Of a stretch of 64,000 nt of DNA, positions 55,450 to 64,000 are shown piece by piece. Numbering within the stretch: the stretch's first letter is position 1; every line of letters starts with the position of its first letter. The notes below the pieces were generated by a model. It was not told the DNA's origin, ran no database searches, and saw nothing but the letters and a program-made list of their open reading frames with translations. Source of the stretch: Trichinella spiralis (lineage: Eukaryota); contig NW_003526944.1 of the NCBI RefSeq assembly GCF_000181795.1, positions 3,370,410-3,434,409 of the forward strand. Direction: 5' to 3'. A program made the translations under genes and the position numbers.

Positions 55450-56595
55450 TTGTGTCTGTACATTGAATTTAAACAGACTTGAAAAAAATCATTTCGCAAT
55501 TTATTGAAGATAATTTCTAATGCGTTGAATAGATGATGGAAATGAATGAAATTTTTTCAACACACACACGCACGCACACTTACACAGATGTTGCTGTTGA
55601 TTATTTTTCAATTTTATGTGAATATTAGAAATTGTATTTTAAAAAAATAGTTCAAAATTTTCAAATCACGAAAATTATTTAATTTTATAATTGAAAATGA
55701 TTTTCCATCCTTATCATTTAATTTCAATTCAGTGATTTTCTTACGTCACCAATGATACGTCACCTGAGTGCATTTTGTCAAATATTAACATTTAATTCAT
55801 ATTTAATTAAAAGGTTTGAGATATTTTTTTAGTTTCATTTTTTCTTTCACATCTCGAACAATCAGTCAGAGGTCGGATATTGATTTATTACAAAATTGCG
55901 TCAGCGTGGAAATTTTTCTCAGCTAGCGTTAATGCTATTTTTTGAAGGTTGATTTAATTAAATTTTATTCTTTATCACTTCAACGCTCAATAAACAATTA
56001 AATCAATTTATTATGTAATTGTAACGTTATTTTTTGTTTTATTTTATTCGTCTACTACATGTGAACAAAAGAATTTAAATCAGTCCAATGCAAAGTCTGG
56101 ATATATTTACAAGAGGTGGTTTAAAAATGCAATAAATGAAAGCATTTGTTGAAATTTTGCTCCTGTTTTGCAATAGTGGATAATTGGCACGATAATTGAT
56201 TTTTGCAAATTTTCATTAGAACTATTTTGATAGCTGAATTGGAAATTATCCTTAAATATCTGTGAATTACACGTTAGCTACATTGACATTGTTAGTGTTG
56301 AATTCAGTGAACAAAAATAGCATCGACGGGGGAAACAATAAAGTGTAGCAGTTCCTTAAATGCCTAATTATGATTGTTTATTCATTATTTGGATATCTTA
56401 AATCAGTGCAAAATGAGCAGCATTTCCACGAGTACAATATTGGAAAGAAAATTTTTGTGAAAAGGGTTTTGAATAAAATTTTCAAAAAAATTTGTTTAGT
56501 AAAATTTGTAGTGTTCTCGATTGTTGAGATGTTAATGAATTTCAGTTGTTTCTTCTCATTTATGAATTAAAAAATGAATTAATTTTTATTCTTAC

Positions 56596-56675
56596 TTTTT
56601 TGCTTTTTTCACATCTTTGGATTTGGTTTCATTTGCTTGGCTCTTCATTGTTGTAGGCAACGTGTCGTCGGTCAT
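56596..56675 (-). CDS. pde-1: Second candidate alternative 5' exon of pde-1
   Basis: tttttctag|AA ATG..MTDDTLPTTMKSQANETKSKDVKKAKK, phase-2 donor AA|GTAAGA. Confidence 0.45.
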
Positions 56676-59600
56676 TTCTAGAAAAATATGACAAGAAATA
56701 TTAAATTATTGTATAACTAGATTAAAAAATATATAAGCGTGCTTGTGTATAAGCATTGAAATGCATTATTTACAACGTAACTGTTTGTTAGTAGGAAACG
56801 AGTGGAAAGCATAAACCGGCAACAATGGACAAGTCACAGAGGTTTAAGTCAGCACTGCAGTGTGTTGAAGTTTATTTATTCGAGTTATTGTAAACACGGT
56901 TGAAAGGATGGGATAGTACGAGAGGGGGAAGAGAAGGGGTAGGATTATTTTTCTCTAACGTTTCTTCAGATGCGGCATGTTGCAAAAATCAAGCTCAGCA
57001 AGCAGAAGTGCAGTTTTGTTCTCGACTGAATTTGCTTGCAGCAGTTTAATTTATTTTTTCTACATCGAAGAAATAAGTGTTTCAAATTCACCCCAATCTC
57101 TTTCGTCTTTCCCCGTTTCATCTTTTACTTTTCTTTATTATTGATAAATTAATTCCATTTATTACTTTAAAACATTTTAATAAATAAACAATACTTTGAA
57201 ATCAACAATTAAATTTGAAATTGTTCAGTGAAACTATTTTTATTACTTATTTTTTTGGGATCGGATGAAACTTTTCATTATTCTATCTGCTAGTAGTGAT
57301 ATTATAAAACAACAACTGGGCAAAGATGGTTTATCCGTTTGTTTGTATATCTTATAATATGTGATAAATATTGCTTAAAAATTTTTTGTTTACAAAATAT
57401 AAGTGTTGAATAAGTTTTCATTTAAATAACAACTAGCTAGCTGTATTATCCAAATGCAAAGAAATAGATAAAAGTACTGTTCTGCTGAGCTTGCATCATG
57501 CATGAATTTTATTTTATTTTATTTTATTTTACTTATTTATTTAGTGAATCTTGTTGTCTTGTTTAATTGGATTTAATAAAATGAATTGAAAAACAAAAAT
57601 TAAAATTAAGCAAATTTCCCATGACGTGATCAAGTGCAGCTTTCATTCCCAATGGCTCAGCAGCATATAATACAGCAGGCGCTCAGGTTAATTTCTTTTG
57701 CATAACGAACAACTGGGATTCAAAATCTTTGAACGAAACGTTGAAAAATAGCTTGCTGAAATTGGAAATTTATTTTGCCTTACCATTTCGAATAGTTTCT
57801 TGCAAAGTTCAAAGCGAATAAATTATACATTTTCAATACTATTTGATAATAATCCCCGGTGAGTTTTTTTGTTTTTGTAAAACGCAAAATACCTTTTTCT
57901 GCTGTTAATTTTCATGTCTAAAATTCAAATTAATTTTTTTAAATTAGTTTTTGCTTTTCTTTAAATTGTTTCTAAAAACTGCTTATTATTATTTTTGGTA
58001 AGCTAGCGTACGAACAACTGCTGTTGTTGCAATTGCACTTGATCGTGAAGATGGACATTTTGCTGAATTACAATTTTAAAATTAATTATGCAATTTTAAC
58101 CAGTTATTTCATAAAAAAAGTTTTACTTGATAATTATTCGTTAAATTTAAATATTTTTTTAATTTGCAGCATTCAACCAATGAGCAGACCTAAATGTTTT
58201 TGCCACATATGTGTTTATTTGGTTCATACAATTACAAGCAATTGTGAGGAACAATTTAAAATAATTGTTTACTAATGTTAAATTTAATATCATCAAGGTG
58301 GAATTTTCATTTATTGATATTATTTTCTGAAGAAGAATGCAATGTAGCCATCTGTGAATAATCAAGATTAAGCAAAAGGTTGTTGCATTTTTGATAATTT
58401 CTGAACGTATCGCTTACGTCATCATTATTCATTTCTTCCAGGAAATGCAAATACCCAGAAGCAGATGTGTATCGCTTCACGTACTCTATAAAGTTCTTTT
58501 GTTTTGTCAAATCAAATAATCTCTACTCATTGTCTCTGTTATTTTCTATTGCTATTATGAATGAAAATTAATTCATTTATTTCTCAAGGAAATTGGAAAC
58601 GATTTAGGTGAGAAAGCAGTAAGCAAATTTCAATTTTTCAAATATGTACATTTGTTTTCAAAATTTATTATTTATTATATGCACGAGACTAATTTTGCGA
58701 AAGCGATGCGATTAATGTATGAAAACCTGAAGCAAAGCAATAGATGCTTGTTCTGTGATCTACAAGAAGTGAAAACCGAGTGAATAATGCCATGACAATG
58801 GCACTGTGTTCAAAATTCACTGACAGAAAATATTCTTCATTTAAATTTTTAAGTATAATTGCAAATACTTACCCTACGGTTTATCATTTCGCGTTAAAAT
58901 GCATTACTTTCAAGTTGCTTGGAAAAATAAATGACTTTAAAGCTTAAACAATGAAAAGCTGGTATTTTATTTTTCTTTCATTTGTTTGGAAAATTATTTA
59001 TTGGCTTATTAGCTTAGTTATATTTAAAATCTGCTCAAAGGTTAACTTATTCTTATTATAATATTTTTTGACCTTATTTATTATAGCGAAAATGACAAAT
59101 TGGCAAAATTATGCTCTTACGTGTACGACAGAGCCAGTTGAATTTTTTATATCAGCTGTGGCCAACGTAGGTGCTACAACAAAGCTTAGCAGTGGTGGAG
59201 TTTTTGTACCACTATACTATACCATCTGAAAGTGCTTCAGGTACAGCTTCACCGTTGACCAAGTGTATGCGGATGTGTTTTATTTGATTGATTAATTGAT
59301 CGTTGCTCGCGAGTTTTTAATTATTTATTTTACTGGCGTTCTGTATTGCGTGCGTATTTTACTGGCAAGTTTAGTTTTCTGCTTTCTTCGGTTCTCATCA
59401 CCATCACTGTGGCAGGTATTGGTGCTATCGAACGATTCCATTGTACATTTTAGAAAAGCTTAATTTGGCTTTGTAAAATTTGACAAGGAAAAAAATATAA
59501 ATTTAATAGATCAGAGAATCAAATTGATTTGATAAGATTTGATTTGATTGGTTTTGTGCAGAGAGGAAAAAATTTTGCATTGAGCTGTTTGTAATTTTTC

Positions 59601-62394
59601 TGCATATTCATCGACTAGACAGACAGACAGACAGACACAGATTTTGTTAGACAAATGAACTTTTTCGTTTAATTTCCGTTCAGTTTGACTGTTCACACAA
59701 AGAAGCCCTGAACTGCTGCTCTTTCGTACGTTATTCATTATTATTTGCTCTGAAACGGATTTTTTTCTTTTTTTTCTCTCTCTCTCTCTCTCAATATCTG
59801 AAGCTTCTTTAAAATTTGCATCACGTCAGAATTGTCTGGTTTTATACAAAAGCACTGATCAGACAATTGATGATAATTTGAAAATATTTCAAGCAGAAAT
59901 TTTGCATCGTCTTCCACAAACAATACCTCTAATATATGTGATCGAAAACAGTGAGGAGTTGTTATATTGCATCAAACCAAGTATTATTGTGTTCCTGGTC
60001 AATGCATATAGTTCAGGCACAGTGAATGAATCGCTTGTAAACCATTCATCATCGTAAGTGGTCAAAATGAAATAGAAATGTCAAAATGCATGCCAATTTT
60101 AAAAAATTATTAAGTATAATTTAAAAATTCTACAAAGAATTGACGGATAGATGGATGATTGTAAAACTTGATGATATGTGATGTTGTTTAAGTAGATCGA
60201 TTGAAATAATGTTCCTCGTGTTATTCATCTTCATTCCAAGTACAATATAAAAAAATTATCGTAAGCGTTAATAATGGAAAAATCAGTTTTTAATTGGAGA
60301 AATATTTTAGAAAAAGTTGAGATGACGTCATTGAAATGAAGTCTGTAGTAGTTCAGTTATCTTCGAATAATGTACTTTTCAACGAGGATTTATGGTTTAT
60401 TAACTGAGCTAACAATATGGTTGACAATCGATATTATTTTTCAAATATTACTGAAGCGACTATTGTTATGCAATTTGGACAACACCAGTGTTAATGTGGA
60501 AATTGATAATTCCTATTGTTCAAACCGAGCGAACAACAGCAGCAACAGTAAATTAATAATAATAATCCTTTGTAAAACAACTGAATCACATTATATCCAA
60601 ACAAGCCTTAGCATAGTATAAGCAAAATGTAAATTTTAAAATAAAATTTATCTATCTGTTTTTGTAATTTATATACACTCTAGCCGTTCGTTATATAAGC
60701 AATTTTAACTATGCAATAAGGAGAAAGTTTGATGATGATGATGCTATTGGGCAGTGGCAGAGCGTTGATTTTCAAGAAAAGAAGTCAAATCAAATCCAGC
60801 TTCTGATTTCTCTAATGGTATTCTCAGCCGAGTTGGGAATTGAATTTTACTTTCAACGAACAGATAATTTTTGCAATTACATCTGCTTGTAATCTAATTT
60901 TCGAGCTCGATGAGAAATGTACTTTTATTTAGAAAGGCCAAGTCTTTTTTTCACTGCTTTTCATCGAGAATCAGTCAATCAATTGCCGTTACCCTAGCAC
61001 TTGAGAAGCATGTTTCTATATGAATAATTTCATGATTGAAAATTACAATAGAAATTATTGTTTATCTGCTGTTTTGGCATAAGTCGTGATTATTTCATAA
61101 TTAAATAGCAATTAGTGCTTAATGTTCAGACAAAGAAAAGCATCATCAGTTATTATTATTATTATTATTTTCTGTGTTGCAATATTAGTAGTGAATTTTA
61201 TGAAAACAAAAATACACTGAAAAAAGTAAAAGATCTACTACACCTTGTAATGGATGTGAAAGGCACAGACAAGAAGCGAACGTTTGGCAAGGCCAATAGA
61301 TCAAGGCGGCCACAGTTCTGAAACGCATCATTTTGTAGCAAAAGGAAAAATAGTGAAATGGTGAATTTTTATTCAGTGCCGATTAAAAATTAAAGAAAAA
61401 AAACGCATAATAACTAAATACTTGAATTCCCCTAATTATCTTTAATAGTTCTCAGCTTACAACTGGTACCAAGCAACGTGGTTGACAGTGGCAGATTTTT
61501 TTCTTAAATTATTGAATTGTTCAAAAAGTGACGTCTTTTATATATTTACTCTTCTGCTTTGGGTCAGTTTTCAAAAGAAGAATCACAAAGAGCTTTTCCT
61601 ACGGTGATTTTTTCTATTCAGACTTTGTGATGGTGTAGTATTTTCTGTTTCCCTTTTTGTTGGTTTCTTATTCGTTCGTTCGTTAATAAGCTTATTTTAT
61701 ATGTATGTGAATTATGCAAACGTATATATTTTATGTCAAATTTGGACATTTGAATAATGGTAATTATTGACACTGAAAATGAAGAATCATGACCAGAATA
61801 ATAATCAGTCAGTCAGTCAGTGGTTTGCAATTGTCCAAGAGGATTAGATGAGAGAAAGAGAGAGAGAGAAGTGGTTATAGGGTTGATTGTTCGAACGATT
61901 GATTCAATGCTTATTATTACTATTATTATTTTTTTAATGCTAATAAAGGCGTTAATTATTGTTGAAATATAATATTTTTTGTTGATTTTTTAAAATAAAT
62001 TTAACAAATGCTTACCAGTTAGTTAGTTGTTAATAAATTGAAGTTCAATTGTGTATGGAAGTAGAGGTAATTTTATTCTTTGGGGCAGTCGGTCTTTGTT
62101 GTCACTTTTATTTGATCAACTTGCCTGAGCCGGTGCCCACTTGTTTTTTTGAACAGTGCTATGCTAGGGATATTTGCTAGGCGTTGTTGAATAGAGCGTT
62201 GTCGAATAATAATTAATCTTAATGATAAGTCAAAATATAAAAACCCGTTGTCAATTAGGCGTGAGTGTTGAAAATGACGCACAGCATGGTCAGCAAAAGC
62301 TGGAGCTAGCTAACTGGCTGACTACGCCTGCTAACTAGCTTGGTTTCGCTTCGTTGATTGGAGTATGTCACTTTGTAAAATAGGGAGGGAACCA

Positions 62395-62421
62395 TGCTGC
62401 TGCTGCTGCTGCTGCTGCTGC
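62395..62421. repeat. (TGC)n microsatellite
   Basis: tgctgctgc run of about 9 units. Confidence 0.9.
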
Positions 62422-64000
62422 ATTCAGCTCTGATGCAAACATCACTGAACTGGACGGGTGTGAAGAAGATGAGGAAGGACAGTTGTGGAGAGGGGGTAGG
62501 GGAAAATGTATTTGAAAAAGTTAATCGTTATCACGCGCTTGTCACACACACACACACACACAGACATGCATGATTGTTGAATGGTTTCTTTCGTTTGCTT
62601 CTTGCCTGGTTCATTCATTTTTATTGCAATCAAAATGGAAACACGTTTTCAATATTTTTCTGTTTGCATTTCCACTTCGTAACTGAAATTGATTTTTTCA
62701 ACTCTTCACCAGAAATTTTCATCTTATTTTATTCAATTTGCAGGCTATTTTCTTTCTTTACAATTACATGCAAATAAATATATACGTGTACATAAAAAAA
62801 TATTTTTATAAATTTATATTTTTTTCAATAAAACTACCATTATCATCTACTGCGACAATGTTTAATAGAAATTTATCACAAACTGTTCGTGAATTCAATA
62901 TTGCTCAGTTAGAGAAAGGAGGGAGGGTATGAATTATATTTTCAAAGCAAAATATAATAATTTTAAAAATATTCTTCGAATTTATCCGGCACATTTCATT
63001 TTTCTCTTTGATTACAAGTTATTATGATTGCAATTTTTCTCTAATTGTTATTGCATCTTGAATGGCACAATGATGAATGGATGCAAAGTTTAATAAAACT
63101 CATCCCACTAAGCGCTGACTATGGTGCAAGTGTTTCTTGTGTTTTGAGGCTTGAGGCTTCTTGAAAGAAATAAATAATATTTCAAATTTTATTGCATGAA
63201 CAGCGCTCATTGGGAACTGTTGTTGTTGTTGCTGTTGAAAAATTATCGACTTCTGTTTAAAATGGTCTTTTTCGTACGGGATTTATGCAAGTATCAAATT
63301 TGCGCAATTTCATTCATGGGATACAATTTTTGTTCCGTTTAATTTTGCTTTTGCCTACTCATCTACCACTTCAATTAGTCATACTGTAGAGGAGGAGAGG
63401 AGAAATTCAATGACTACAATTAGAAAACAGACACTAAAGCATATTTTAAAGTTTTCGAAATTCTACTGTACTATTTATAAATTGCAATGCAATTGGAATA
63501 AATTAATGTATTAGTGTTGATGATAATTATTTTGCATATAAATAGTTACGAACAAATTTTGGGAAAATATCAACAAACAATCGGTTGTTTAATTCGATTT
63601 AATCAAAGTTGATCCAATGAAACACGCTGCTATTCATTCATCATAAACCTTTTTGCATTTAAGACTTTGAAGTTCAGAAATAAATTTCCACTTATATTGA
63701 AAAACATCAACACTGCACAGTTCTCATCAAATGATTGTAATAAAATTACGGATATGTATGCATTTTTTGTTTAATTTGCGCATCAAAGGTGTTCTGTAGT
63801 TTTGAATAACATTTACCTTGATTGATAAGGAAATATGTAAAAATCCACTTTGAAGTTGGAAATTTATTTATTGTTGTCTGTCGTTTTTGTCGGATTTTAT
63901 TGATGAGTTTTATAGTATACGTGTTTAATTATTTTATCGAAATTGACCAAAAGTAAATCATCAGTATACGGTGGATTTGAAAATAGAATGCAGCACTTTT

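Noticed and set aside
57800..64000. Short AT-rich ORFs in the distal region
   Set aside because: They show low-complexity composition and no domains. I also found no transposon, tRNA, rRNA or CRISPR signature here or elsewhere in the window.

Overview
AT-rich eukaryotic genomic DNA with many short (about 50-100 nt) GT-AG introns. The gene set is animal and probably nematode (innexin, WCPPC 16-kDa thioredoxins, max-1-like gene, TTTCAG acceptors). My inference is a clade I nematode such as Trichinella. Gene order: EDEM1-like GH47 mannosidase (+), chitin synthase (+), an acidic protein gene (+), about 3.7 kb of decayed exon-like sequence, a PAH-domain GON4L-like gene (+), a PLEKHH/max-1 PH-MyTH4-FERM gene (-), a divergent PDCD7/U11-59K-like gene (-), an innexin (-), an intronless eIF3e running into an 823-N gap (+), two tandem nucleoredoxin-like thioredoxins (+), and a PDE1 gene (-) with candidate alternative 5' exons in a long AT-rich upstream region. 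Two observations stand out. (1) 12039-21270 looks like one ancestral GON4L gene split into two intact-looking genes, with its central exons decayed in place. (2) There is a candidate minor-spliceosome U11-59K gene in a nematode. All gene models were spliced by hand and homology calls rest on remembered family motifs, so they need HMM/BLAST and RNA-seq confirmation.
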